From Candidatus Kerfeldbacteria bacterium CG15_BIG_FIL_POST_REV_8_21_14_020_45_12 (GTDB lineage: Bacteria > Patescibacteriota > Patescibacteriia > UBA9570 > XYC2-FULL-38-9): 42,083 nt of DNA. The position numbers and the translations under genes are program-made. This document shows positions 31,201 through 42,083 of the stretch, one piece after another. The DNA is taken from positions 1 through 42,083 of the forward strand of contig PFGC01000020.1 of NCBI GenBank assembly GCA_002781785.1, written 5' to 3'. The notes beneath the pieces were generated by a model that was not told the DNA's origin, did not search any database, and saw only the letters and a program-made list of their open reading frames with translations. Every line of letters starts with the position of its first letter. Positions within the stretch are counted from its first letter, which is position 1.

Positions 31201-31831
31201 AGAAACTCTTCCCGGTTGGCGTCCAGAGGACGCTCCATCTGCTCGAAAAGCGGCTAAGGCAGCTATGCAAGCAGATAGACAAACAGCACACCAGGAGGTG
31301 GTTGAGAGTGCTCGAGAGATAGCTGAGCTTGAGGATCAGGTCTTCAAAATTCCAGAACATATTAATCCAGAAACTGTAGCCCAATTCGAGGCAACGGGCA
31401 CCCTTCACAGTGGTGATACTACTGCCGTTTTTGAGCACATTCGGGGGAAACGTTTTTCAGTGACCTTAACGGAGATGCCGGATCAGGAGTCAGCTGTGAC
31501 TAGTTATTTGGGCGACGATTACCGCGAAGTTATTCGGAGAAATCTGCACCTACATACAATTCATGATGCCAGGCCTATGATAGTTGAGGTAGAAGGTCAT
31601 ACACGAAAATTAGCTGGCCTGCTTGAGATCAAAAAAACAATGATCGAAAATGGACTAACTAAAACCCCTCAGTTCAGAGTATTAGATAAAGCCATCGATC
31701 AGACACAACGTGATGTTACCCAATACGGACGAGTAATGTGGGACGACCCTGGCTACGGTAAGATGTCCGCCCAGCAAATTCGATCTCTGTTTATTTCTAC
31801 GGGAACTGGCAGTCCGCCGTCTCGCCGTTAA
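28238..31831 (+). CDS. Large hypothetical protein: coiled coil, Gly/Ala hydrophobic helices, three ~100-aa internal repeats
   Basis: 1197-aa uninterrupted ORF; repeats end ...GLADTPQF...YGNVL, ...GLANQPQQ...YGNVF and ...GLTKTPQF...YGRVM. Confidence 0.85.
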   Translation: MAEPMRQTETHDQVPESVELVEDKALTPEIVESVPGQLEERASVRVLEFKQRGAGSAEVANPSEQSDLASLEGAVHAVEQQLYKKLEAARVRLQSAREASAKVKFWDRSAMREAKADVEEATEDYQSLMTEHQDSRAAQLIQRREQRVQAERDNRQRKSLFSRVGQRLTKDAGRVLSEDAQAQERLTNVTEQYDEAAAEVVADHISLALQEMGALADQRAIAEHAETNAIYQAYKSLSEMNLQAVLKSLGTDWEPSSWRGRLAAKGLNARLLVNLSLVGGGLVAGATGFGAAAGGLLVTKRLLSGLASGSGTFDLAGMLRQRKLNKEVAKRLDKESPANLSTEDLNNYIAQLESAAIVNGRRPTMDRMYQRLQSERGRRWSADHQSEGLAPPEKAADAMQQELASMMQDADKRFLDFERGDRDAQARFKVYGAAVGVLIGSGEHVRLLKGLVGTAYAAEPGADAFIAALEAGSLPDGFTIDGAQAALKHLVEISSTTSLGDMKMLLVDGGTIVQNGDTLGFQMATGELISLDSPEAFARVPQLSELLSAADSLETPAELAEVPLSTDVQPPAVDVVHSVPAGDVRVGDITELTADKISGADTVHFTVDGTGVTLDYKDGVYEFVRDNANARGIRPGVVVDGFDRLAKAHAGRADSSFVFGTSVRLSRYSDMLKVIEQMREAGLADTPQFASLQTQIAAESASITHDYGNVLVSPIIAPEAPAASAIPDKLPGTSTATASTDLRGSDLAHDSLDSTPVPTSHFDTATGGFTMTQGAEGYTFTFPDPSTHFSPGLARDDFIDIAKAHAEKGSSGFVIGTQMSFGRLEQLLQANQALESAGLANQPQQVALAAEIQSHINSMAREYGNVFNSDLMGHPGMPDTVRTPNFAALAYEKLPDLTGARAVERAADWQESGKTPSGLFDDEWDRATKRAISPVTPGKVVDGFARGVRGTDDSLNRTLDVGAYKAQDWVDDNIAPNTDPTAQLPVDQETLPGWRPEDAPSARKAAKAAMQADRQTAHQEVVESAREIAELEDQVFKIPEHINPETVAQFEATGTLHSGDTTAVFEHIRGKRFSVTLTEMPDQESAVTSYLGDDYREVIRRNLHLHTIHDARPMIVEVEGHTRKLAGLLEIKKTMIENGLTKTPQFRVLDKAIDQTQRDVTQYGRVMWDDPGYGKMSAQQIRSLFISTGTGSPPSRR

Positions 31832-31847
31832 TTGACCTAACTCTCAG

Positions 31848-34760
31848 ATGCCGGCATCTTCGCAAAGCACCATTCTGGATGGTTTGAATCATGAACAAGA
31901 GACGGCCGTCGTCCACAAGACTGGGCCGCTACTTATAATTGCCGGAGCCGGCACCGGAAAGACTACTGTAGTGACACGTCGGATCGCTCAACTGATTACC
32001 TCCGGAGAAGCTCGGGCTGACCAAATCCTAGCCCTCACCTTTACTGATAAGGCTGCTGGAGAAATGGAAGAGCGGGTAGATGCACTACTGCCCATGGGTT
32101 ATCTTGATTTATGGGTATCTACGTTTCATGCTTTCGGTGAGCGTGTTTTAAAAGACCATGCGCTGGATATTGGTCTATCAAATGACTTTAGGCTCTTAAC
32201 GGATACCGATCAGTGGTTATTACTACGAAGTCATATCGACGAGTTTGAGCTTGATTACTACAAACCCAAAGGCAATCCAACTAAATTTGTGCAGGCGCTA
32301 ATATCACATTTTTCCAGACTTAAAGATGAGGACATCACCCCCGCGCGCTACCTAGCCTACGCTAAGAATTTAAACAGCAGAGTATCACCTCTGTTAGAAA
32401 AAAAGGCTCGCACCGATGAAGAGCAGGCCCAGGTTGATGAGGCGGCTAGAGTTACCGAAGTTGCCGCAGCTTATGAACGTTACCAGCAGCTACTGCGTGA
32501 GGAAAATGCCATGGATTTTGGGGATTTAATTGTAGAGACCATTCATTTGTTTAATGAGAGGCCAGCCTTGCTTGATAAATTTCGTAAGCAGTTTAAGTAC
32601 ATATTGGTCGACGAATTCCAGGACACCAATTTCGCTCAGTACGATTTGATAAAGCTGTTGGCAGCACCTGAGAATAATTTAACCGTTGTAGCCGACGATG
32701 ACCAGTCCATTTACAGATTTCGTGGAGCATCGATGAGTAATATTGTAATTTTCAAAAAAGATTTTCCTGAGGCCGAAGAAGTTTCTCTGGTGCAAAACTA
32801 TAGATCAGCTCAGGAAATTTTGGACTTGGCACACAGCTTTATTCAGAGTAACAATCCTCACCGACTCGAAGTTTCTTTAGATATTGATAAGCGCCTCAAA
32901 AGCAACACTAAGGAGTCGGCTGTTATTGAACATCTTCATAGCCAGTCACTCACGGGCGAGGCTCAGCTGGTTATGAAAAAGATTCTAGAGCTTAAAGAAG
33001 CTCGTCCTGAGACCTCCTGGAGCGATTTTGCGATCTTGGTAAGAGCTAACGATTCGGCCCAGGCCTTCATTCCATATCTAGAACGAGCCAATGTGCCATA
33101 TCAGTTCCTAGCATCAAAAGGGCTATTCACCAAGTCAGTCATTCTAGATATTATCGCTGTACTTAAGTTACTCGATGACTATCACGAATCCAGAGCTATG
33201 TACCGCTACCTCACGCTAGATTTGTGGGGAATAGCCCATGAGGACGTTTTGGCTATTATGCAACACGGTAGTAAGTACACTGAATCGATTTATGAAACCT
33301 GCCTTAATGTTCAAGAGGTACCAAGTGTTTCTGAGGCTGGACGTTTACAGGTAGAAAAACTACTGGGGCATTTAAAAACACTTACCAAGGAGGCTCGTTA
33401 TAAATCCGTTGGCGAAATTATTTTAATGTTCCTTGAGCAGTCAGGCTATCTTAAACTTATCACTAACCAAGAAGAGTCCTTAGCCACGGAGAATATTCTG
33501 TATCTCAATCAGTTTTACAAGTATGTTGAGGCTTTCGAAAAGGCTCACAGTGAAAAAACGGTTCGTAATTTTGTATTCGAGCTCGTGGCTATGATAGAAG
33601 CTGGCGAGCAGGGTAGACTCTTGCCAGACCTGGATGAGGGGCCGGAGTCAGTAAAAATTATGACAGTGCACGCCGCTAAAGGGCTTGAGTTTGAGTGTGT
33701 ATTTGTTGTAAACCTAGTTGATAAAAGGTTTCCAGCGATCGGGCGCAAGGAAGCTATTCCAGTTCCAGAAGATCTTGTTAAAGATGTGCCACAAGGGGAT
33801 GGTGAATGGCATTTAGAGGAGGAGAGGCGGCTATTTTATGTGGCCATAACTCGAGCTAAGTCCGGACTGTTTTTGACCAGTGGTGAAGATTACGGCGGTG
33901 TCCGTAAGAAAAAACCCTCTCGCTTTTTAGTAGAGGCTGGATTTGTAGACACCAGACCTGAGCCAACCGGAGAGGTTGTCTTTCAGCCTGTTAGTCATGT
34001 TTCACCTGAGCTGGCGAGCCGAGAGCGATCTTACCTGCCGGACACATTTAGCTTCACCGATCTTGATACTTACGATGTTTGTCCTTGGAAATATCGCTTT
34101 CGCTATGTTTTGAAGGTGCCATCCAAATCCGGTTACCAAGCCTCATTCGGAAAAGCTGTACATAATACTTTGTATGAGTTCTTTCGCCGCATGAAAGAAC
34201 ATCCCAGCAAGATCGCACCAACCTTGTCAGATCTCCTTGAAATATATGAAGCTAAGTGGATAGACGAATGGTTTAATAGCAAAAAACAACGCGATAACTA
34301 TAAAACCAAAGGGGCTCAAATGCTGGAAGAATTTTACGATTTACATAAAGCTGCTTGGCCATCCGTGTTGCATCTTGAGGAGCGTTTTCGAGTTCCTTTG
34401 GGTGAATATACGATCAAGGGGGCGATAGACCGGGTCGATACTGTTGAGGGTGGGGTAGAGGTGATTGATTATAAAACAGGCACGCCCCCTAAGACCGGTA
34501 AGAAGGATCAGAAGCAGCTTTACCTATACGCCTTAGCCCTCCAACAAATCTTTGAGGAAGCACCTACCAAGCTGACTTACTACTTTCTCGAAAATAATAT
34601 TGAATTATCCACGGATTTTGATGCCGAGAAAATGCAGTCAGTTCAGGAATGGGCCCTGCAGATTATTGAGAAAATTCAATCAGCTAACTTTGAGCCGACG
34701 CCTAGTCAGCAAGTCTGTAAACATTGCGACTACCGAGAAATCTGCGAATATAGAAAGTAA
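31848..34760 (+). CDS. SF1 UvrD/PcrA-like helicase fused to C-terminal PD-(D/E)XK nuclease with 4-Cys Fe-S motif
   Basis: AGAGTGKT, DEFQD, DDDQSIYRFRGA, QNYRS, HAAKGLEF, EERRLFYVAITRA; GAIDRVD...IDYKTG; CPWKY...CKHCDYREIC. Confidence 0.93.
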   Translation: MPASSQSTILDGLNHEQETAVVHKTGPLLIIAGAGTGKTTVVTRRIAQLITSGEARADQILALTFTDKAAGEMEERVDALLPMGYLDLWVSTFHAFGERVLKDHALDIGLSNDFRLLTDTDQWLLLRSHIDEFELDYYKPKGNPTKFVQALISHFSRLKDEDITPARYLAYAKNLNSRVSPLLEKKARTDEEQAQVDEAARVTEVAAAYERYQQLLREENAMDFGDLIVETIHLFNERPALLDKFRKQFKYILVDEFQDTNFAQYDLIKLLAAPENNLTVVADDDQSIYRFRGASMSNIVIFKKDFPEAEEVSLVQNYRSAQEILDLAHSFIQSNNPHRLEVSLDIDKRLKSNTKESAVIEHLHSQSLTGEAQLVMKKILELKEARPETSWSDFAILVRANDSAQAFIPYLERANVPYQFLASKGLFTKSVILDIIAVLKLLDDYHESRAMYRYLTLDLWGIAHEDVLAIMQHGSKYTESIYETCLNVQEVPSVSEAGRLQVEKLLGHLKTLTKEARYKSVGEIILMFLEQSGYLKLITNQEESLATENILYLNQFYKYVEAFEKAHSEKTVRNFVFELVAMIEAGEQGRLLPDLDEGPESVKIMTVHAAKGLEFECVFVVNLVDKRFPAIGRKEAIPVPEDLVKDVPQGDGEWHLEEERRLFYVAITRAKSGLFLTSGEDYGGVRKKKPSRFLVEAGFVDTRPEPTGEVVFQPVSHVSPELASRERSYLPDTFSFTDLDTYDVCPWKYRFRYVLKVPSKSGYQASFGKAVHNTLYEFFRRMKEHPSKIAPTLSDLLEIYEAKWIDEWFNSKKQRDNYKTKGAQMLEEFYDLHKAAWPSVLHLEERFRVPLGEYTIKGAIDRVDTVEGGVEVIDYKTGTPPKTGKKDQKQLYLYALALQQIFEEAPTKLTYYFLENNIELSTDFDAEKMQSVQEWALQIIEKIQSANFEPTPSQQVCKHCDYREICEYRK

Positions 34761-34762
34761 AG

Positions 34763-35755
34763 ATGAGATCACCAAGAAAAATAGAATTTTCACCAAGAGC
34801 TCGCGCTGTCGAAGCGGTAGAACTTGTGACCGGTCCCATCTGGAACTCTTGGCGGCCAGAGACCATTGTCTCAGAGCAAAAGTGGCTGACTATTAGACAG
34901 CAAGTAGAGGAAGATATCGCTCAGCCTATTATTGATGAACAAGGCGATGATCCTTTGGGTTACATGACAGATGAGGGGATGTCGGTTGGATTTTACGAAG
35001 ATGTAGCCAAGGACACCAAGAATGCCGTTAAGTATTTAGGCCTGTTTGCACCAAATATTGTTAAGCCATGGCTCGGGGACCCTAACCCGCTTCCATTTGA
35101 AGCCAGTGAAACCCAAGAAGATGAATACGAAGAAGAAGACCCACTTCCATACTCGTCCATCATTCAGGAAATAGCAGAAGCAGAAGGTGGTCCGACGGCA
35201 GATATTTTTATTTCAGCCCCATGACTGCTGATTGATAAGTCAATTCCAAGACCTAGTGTAGAGGAGCTGGATTCTGTGGTCCTAAAAAGGATTGAATCAG
35301 CTAGCGAGGCTGTAGTTGGAACTTATCGATTTGTAGAGGAGTACGTTCTGGGTGTAGCAGAGTCAGTAATTCTTAGGCAAATGCTAGCTGGACTCAATAG
35401 AGACCATCCGTTTGAACTGCAGATATTTGAAGAAGCTTTAGCCGAAAAACTTAGAGAATCTAATGCTAAACAAGTCTCAGTTTTATCTATCAGGCAGCTA
35501 CTTCAGGCCGCGTCACTCTTTGCGATTATCTCTCCCAAAATTCTAAGCGTCATACGTGAGTGCAGTTTTATAACTGAAGCTGCTTTACAAAGTCTACAGC
35601 GAAGACTAGACCTATCGGCGGACACGACAATAATAAACTATCTTCTAGCACACAACATAGAAAGGGTAGACTTGGTGCCAGGGGGTAGCTTCGAGATTAT
35701 CTACGGCGGTTCAATGCTTGAGATACCCGATCTTCCTGCTCGCAGCGCCATATGA
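34763..35755 (+). pseudogene. Member 3 of the RxRAV...LPxR family, interrupted by one in-frame TGA (35222-35224)
   Basis: ORFs 34763..35224 and 35276..35755 share a frame, and the gap reads SAP*LLIDKSIPRPSVEELDSV with no other stop. The N-terminal motif is in the first part and the C-terminal motif in the second. Confidence 0.75.
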
Positions 35756-35809
35756 GCTAGAGGTAAGCTCTCACCATTACTACCTTCAATTCTAATCTAA
35801 ATAGAAGCA

Positions 35810-35838
35810 TTGTAGTTAAGGTCAATAAATGGTATAGT
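35810..35838 (+). promoter_or_regulatory. Sigma70 promoter for the membrane protein-pheS-pheT unit
   Basis: TTGTAG-N17-TATAGT with extended TG; only 9 nt to ATG 35848. Confidence 0.62.
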
Positions 35839-35847
35839 ATCGCAACT

Positions 35848-36303
35848 ATGACGCTTAAGCGCTATCTTCTAACTATGGGGCTAACCACTCTGATTTGCTG
35901 GGTGGCCTTTATTGTTGTGCTTTTCAGAATTGATCCAGACACTGGCGGAACCATAGGGCTATTGCTATTTTTTACCTCCATGTTTTTTGCTGCCTGGGGA
36001 ACGCTAAGTCTTATTGGCTTTCTAGTTCGTTTTCTGCTGTTTCGTAACACGGTTCCTTTTAGATATATTGGAACCTCCTTACGACAAGCACTTTGGTTTG
36101 CCACATTGCTGTGTTTAACGCTATTCTTGGTTAGTCAAGAGTTACTAAGTTGGTGGATGACAATCCTGCTCATTATAGGTCTTTGCGTCTTGGAGGCGTT
36201 CTTTTTAGCCAGATCGCTAGAAGCCAGATATGACAAAAGACGAGCAGCCCGAGCTGAAAAAAGGCACACCAGAGCTGAATCTAAAGCCGAACACATCAAA
36301 TGA
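35848..36303 (+). CDS. Hypothetical 4-TM membrane protein
   Basis: Four hydrophobic helices, IDP loop, SLRQ motif, basic tail; ATGA overlap with pheS. Confidence 0.8.
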   Translation: MTLKRYLLTMGLTTLICWVAFIVVLFRIDPDTGGTIGLLLFFTSMFFAAWGTLSLIGFLVRFLLFRNTVPFRYIGTSLRQALWFATLLCLTLFLVSQELLSWWMTILLIIGLCVLEAFFLARSLEARYDKRRAARAEKRHTRAESKAEHIK

Positions 36304-37358
36304 AACAATCACTTTCCAAAATTGAATCAGCCTTCCTAGAAGAAATTTCACAGGTCAGCGACGCAGATAAGATTGAAGAGATTAGAGTATCCTATTTAGG
36401 TAGAAAAGCTGGCCAGCTGACAGTGCTTTTGCGTGGACTTAAAGATTTATCAATTGAGGAGAAGAAGTTAATAGGACCAGCTGCAAATCTACTTCGCCAA
36501 AAAATTGAGTCGACTCTAACGGAAGCTCTACAAAAAGCAGGTTCGAGCGCAGTGCCCGAATTCGATCTCAGTTTACCTGGTAAAATTTCACAGGATAAAA
36601 GTTTAGGGCACTTACATCCCATTACCCAAATTAATAGGGAGTTAATAAGAATTTTTCAATCGATGGGTTTTCAGGTTCTGGAAGGTCCTGAACTTGATAA
36701 TGATTACTATAATTTTGAAGGGTTGAACTTTCCATTTGATCATCCAGCCCGTGATATTCAAGATACCTTCTTTATTGATTCAAAAATTACACGCGAAGAG
36801 CCTCGAGATTTTACCAGGAACGACTGGGTTATGCGCACTCAAACCTCAAATATGCAGGTGAGAGTGCTGGAGCAAGCCGAGCCACCTGTGCGCTGCATTA
36901 TTCCCGGGAGAGTATTTAGAAACGAGGCCATTGACGCTACACATGAACATACCTTTTATCAATTGGAAGGTTTTGTAGTTGATGAAAATATTAACATAGG
37001 TCAATTGGTTTGGACCTTGAAAGAAATCTTTCGTCAGATATTCAAACAAGAAGTAAAACTACGATTACGTCCAGGGTTTTTCCCGTTCGTTGAACCAGGC
37101 TACGAAGTAGATATGTTTTGCGTGTTTTGTGGCGGAAGTGACGTTAGCTGCAAAGTTTGCAAAGGACTTGGCTGGGTGGAAATGCTTGGAGCAGGCATGA
37201 TTCATCCCAACGTTTTAGCAGCAGCCGGGTATGACGCTGGGCGTTACACCGGATTTGCTTTTGGAATCGGCACAGGACGTCTAGCCATGCTTAAATATAA
37301 TATTCCTGATTATCGACTCTACATGCAGGGCGATCTTCGATTCTTAGAGCAATTCTAG
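36300..37358 (+). CDS. pheS: Phenylalanine--tRNA ligase alpha subunit
   Basis: GHLHPI, HPARDIQDTF, FRNE..DATH, FPFVEP, GMIHPNV, GFAFG, DLRFLEQF. Confidence 0.98.
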   Translation: MKQSLSKIESAFLEEISQVSDADKIEEIRVSYLGRKAGQLTVLLRGLKDLSIEEKKLIGPAANLLRQKIESTLTEALQKAGSSAVPEFDLSLPGKISQDKSLGHLHPITQINRELIRIFQSMGFQVLEGPELDNDYYNFEGLNFPFDHPARDIQDTFFIDSKITREEPRDFTRNDWVMRTQTSNMQVRVLEQAEPPVRCIIPGRVFRNEAIDATHEHTFYQLEGFVVDENINIGQLVWTLKEIFRQIFKQEVKLRLRPGFFPFVEPGYEVDMFCVFCGGSDVSCKVCKGLGWVEMLGAGMIHPNVLAAAGYDAGRYTGFAFGIGTGRLAMLKYNIPDYRLYMQGDLRFLEQF

Positions 37359-37365
37359 TAACTAT

Positions 37366-39738
37366 ATGATTTATTCCTATAATTGGTTACGAGAGTACGT
37401 AGCTGACATTCCTGAGGCAAAAAAACTAATGACTGAGCTTAGTCTCCATTCCGTTGAGGTTGAGGAAATAGATGAAGGTGGTATCGAGCTGGGCAATGTT
37501 GTGGTGGGGGAATTGATAGAGCGGCGCACTCATCCAAACGCTGATTCCCTGAACATTGGAATTTTTGATGTCGGCGAACCTGAGCCCAGGCAAATTATTT
37601 TTGGTGGAGTAGCCGCGCTAAAAGTAGGCGACAAGTTACCGGTTGCGCTAGCGCCAACTATTATTCCTGACGAGATTAAAATTAAAGAACGAAAACTCAG
37701 AGGCGAGTTATCTCAGGGCATGTGTTGCCTAAAGTCAGAATTAGGAATTCTCGATCGTGAGGAGGCCGTACATTTTTTTGAGCCAGATGTAATTAATGGA
37801 ACTCCAATAATTGGAGTTTTACCACTCAATGAAACAGTCATTGATATTGATAATAAGTCGATGACTCATCGGGCTGATCTGTTCTGCCACACCGGAATAG
37901 CTAGAGAGATATCAGCTGTCTTCAACCTATCTTTAAACTTACCAAAAACGGCGCCTCTACCTAAGGTAAAGCCAACGCTGGACATTAAGATAGCAGACAC
38001 CAACGATTGCCCTCGCTACATTGGAATTGAACTATCCGTTAACTTAGGTAAGTCACCTGACTTTATTTCTCAGCGTTTGCAGGCGTGTGGGGTCAAATCA
38101 ATCAATAATGTTGTTGATATCACCAACTACATTATGCTTGAGTTTGGCGAGCCCACTCATGCCTTTGATGCTGATAAGTTATCTGGAAATTCCATTGAAG
38201 TTCGTCGAGCCAGAACAGGGGAGACCATTGCCACGCTGGATCACGAGACCAAAACACTTACTGAAGACGTTTTACTGATTACAAACAATGATAAAGCCAT
38301 CGCTGTAGCTGGGGTCATCGGTGGGACAGAGTCAAGTGTCACTGATACTACAACTCGAATTATTCTGGAAGTAGCTAATTTTTCAGCCTTAACCGTTCGC
38401 CGTTCGGCCAAGATTGTGGGGCTGCGAACGGATGGCGCCTTGCGGTGGGAAAAAGGCCTATCTCCTGAGTTAGCCGAGCCAGCTGCCGCTCGTGCCGTTG
38501 AGTTACTTCTTGAGTATGCCGGCGCCAAAGTCATCGGTCTGACAGATGTGTATCCGAAGAAGCCGGAACTTACTCAAATATCCTTAAGCGCTGATTACCT
38601 ATCTCGGCTGTCTGGATTTGAATTCGAACCGAAGGTTGTACAGAAATTATTGACCGCACTTGGTTGTAAGGTGGTTACTAAGAAGTCTAAAACTGGTAAA
38701 GTTTACAACGTTGAAATTCCTTGGTGGCGAACTGACTTAGTAATTCGCGAGGATTTAGTTGAAGAGATTGTAAGGCTATACGGCGTAAACAAAATTCCAG
38801 AGCAGCAGTTAATAGGAGCTCTTAGTGTCCCTAATCAAGATCTAGAGCTTGAAATAATTTCAAAGATTCAGGATCACCTAGTGAGGTGTGGGTTAACAGA
38901 GACTTACAATTATTCATTTTACGGAGCGGACGATATTATAAAAATGGGGTGGGACGATCAAGTCGATCACTTGAGTATTCAGAATCCATTGTCCGAGGAC
39001 TTGAGGTATCTCCGCACTTCTATCCTGCCTCGCTTGCTAGACAATATTCGAACCAATCAAATGCAATCTTCATCGATTCAGCTCTTTGAGGTGGGCCATT
39101 TATATTTTTCGGATAGAGAAGTTAGACAATTAGCGTTAGTTATCAGTGGTGGCGCTGAGCCATACCGTGTCGCTCGAGGTCTGGCCGAAAGTCTGCTGTC
39201 TGCTTTGAATATAAATTTCACAACCTCTGTTATTGTTGAAGAGGCAAGCAAATGTCCTCGTTGGGGCATGTATCAGGGTAAGCAAGCTCTGCGATTTGAG
39301 TCTGCTGGAGAAAAGTTGGGCACCGCTGGAATATTGTCAGCCCAAGTCCAAAGCAATTGGGATATTCTAAGGGGAACCGCCTTCGTGACCTTGTCTATTC
39401 CAATCCTAGCCAAATATAGCTCGACCAAGCGCGCGATGCGACCGATTTCAATATTTCCGTCTGTCCCGTTAGACTTATCAGTTATCGTCGACGAATCTGT
39501 ACCCTGGGGTGATATTGAGGCTGTTGTGCGGAGTCATGGAAGTGACCTGCTTCAGTCTATTGAGGTTATTGATATATATCGAGGAGAGGCCATTCCAGTA
39601 GGAAAAAAGAGCTTGTCATTTAGGGTTATTCTCCAGTCTCAGCAGCAAACTTTAGAGATGTCAGCCATGGAAAAATGGCGAGATGGACTAGTTGTTGACT
39701 TGGGGAAAAAACTAGACGCCACCCTGCGGGATAAGTAG
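37366..39738 (+). CDS. pheT: Phenylalanine--tRNA ligase beta subunit
   Basis: SYNWLREYV, HPNADSL, NNVVDITNY, HAFDADK, WRTDL..EDLVEEIVRLYG, NPLS, C-terminal FDX-ACB domain. Confidence 0.97.
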   Translation: MIYSYNWLREYVADIPEAKKLMTELSLHSVEVEEIDEGGIELGNVVVGELIERRTHPNADSLNIGIFDVGEPEPRQIIFGGVAALKVGDKLPVALAPTIIPDEIKIKERKLRGELSQGMCCLKSELGILDREEAVHFFEPDVINGTPIIGVLPLNETVIDIDNKSMTHRADLFCHTGIAREISAVFNLSLNLPKTAPLPKVKPTLDIKIADTNDCPRYIGIELSVNLGKSPDFISQRLQACGVKSINNVVDITNYIMLEFGEPTHAFDADKLSGNSIEVRRARTGETIATLDHETKTLTEDVLLITNNDKAIAVAGVIGGTESSVTDTTTRIILEVANFSALTVRRSAKIVGLRTDGALRWEKGLSPELAEPAAARAVELLLEYAGAKVIGLTDVYPKKPELTQISLSADYLSRLSGFEFEPKVVQKLLTALGCKVVTKKSKTGKVYNVEIPWWRTDLVIREDLVEEIVRLYGVNKIPEQQLIGALSVPNQDLELEIISKIQDHLVRCGLTETYNYSFYGADDIIKMGWDDQVDHLSIQNPLSEDLRYLRTSILPRLLDNIRTNQMQSSSIQLFEVGHLYFSDREVRQLALVISGGAEPYRVARGLAESLLSALNINFTTSVIVEEASKCPRWGMYQGKQALRFESAGEKLGTAGILSAQVQSNWDILRGTAFVTLSIPILAKYSSTKRAMRPISIFPSVPLDLSVIVDESVPWGDIEAVVRSHGSDLLQSIEVIDIYRGEAIPVGKKSLSFRVILQSQQQTLEMSAMEKWRDGLVVDLGKKLDATLRDK

Positions 39739-39773
39739 GCTAATATCAGCCTAGAATCAGTCAGTAACCTGAT

Positions 39774-41876
<2,103 letters not shown>

Positions 41877-41885
41877 ACCAAAAAC

Positions 41886-42083
41886 ATGGAGGAATTTCTC
41901 ATTCTAATTCCCAAAATGATCTGGCTAATGCTGCCAGCAGGTGTGGCAAACATGTCACCTGTTTTGATACAGAATCACCTTATGGCTATAGCCAAGCCAG
42001 TTGATGGAGGTAGAACGCTTGGAGGAAAACCTCTGTTCGGTGACCACAAAACCTGGAGGGGTTTATTTGTTGCTACCCTTTCC
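41886..42083 (+). CDS. CDP-archaeol synthase (CarS/DUF46)-like membrane protein, 3'-truncated by window edge
   Basis: Not in the ORF track; manual translation gives MEEFLILIPKMIWLMLPAGVANMSPVL...KPVDGG...LFGDHKTWRGLF, the LPA..AN..P / P.D.G / G..KTWRG signature. Confidence 0.85.
   Translation, partial: MEEFLILIPKMIWLMLPAGVANMSPVLIQNHLMAIAKPVDGGRTLGGKPLFGDHKTWRGLFVATLS

Noticed and set aside
34010-34760. Cas4-like nuclease suggesting a CRISPR-Cas locus
   Set aside because: It is the C-terminal domain of the helicase; no repeat-spacer array or other cas genes were seen.
35222-35224. Genetic code 25/4 (TGA as sense) or selenocysteine at the in-frame TGA
   Set aside because: TGA terminates several clearly complete genes here (e.g. 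Kef at 3565, VIT1 at 5759, tatD at 14049, rmuC at 15024), no conserved gene has an internal TGA, and there is no redox Cys context.
35756-35847. Possible tRNA, T-box or ncRNA upstream of pheST (also 7280-7354 and 39739-39836)
   Set aside because: Too short, no cloverleaf or T-box motif seen, only weak hairpins; the space is explained by promoters.

Overview
Gene-dense bacterial chromosomal segment in standard code 11 (TGA is used as a stop). Gene content, short genes, few Shine-Dalgarno sites and tight ATGA coupling suggest a Patescibacteria/CPR (Parcubacteria-like) genome; this taxonomy is an inference. On the + strand: a GH1 plus clan-A glycoside hydrolase pair, a Kef/DASS/VIT1 ion-transport cluster, glyQS, M16 peptidase, AI-2E, metG, cvpA, tatD, rmuC, a GlmU-like hexapeptide protein, CBS/ArsB-NhaD/beta-carbonic-anhydrase/PEP-utiliser genes, a 1197-aa repeat protein, a UvrD-PD(D/E)XK fusion, pheST, gyrB and the start of a CarS-like gene. 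A complete atp operon lies on the - strand. No rRNA, tRNA, CRISPR array or mobile element was seen. Best candidate for an undescribed system: three dispersed ~280-330 aa hypothetical paralogues (6437, 15728, 34763) with divergent cores that share an N-terminal RxRAV(D/N/E) motif, a helical 'A..L.LL.P' repeat and a C-terminal G-x-(L/F)-x-(I/V)...LPxRxx(I/V)-stop motif. Each sits at the 3' end of a gene run, and one is split only by a single in-frame TGA. Also notable: the c subunit has a full two-carboxylate Na+-binding signature, and a CDP-archaeol-synthase-like gene follows gyrB.
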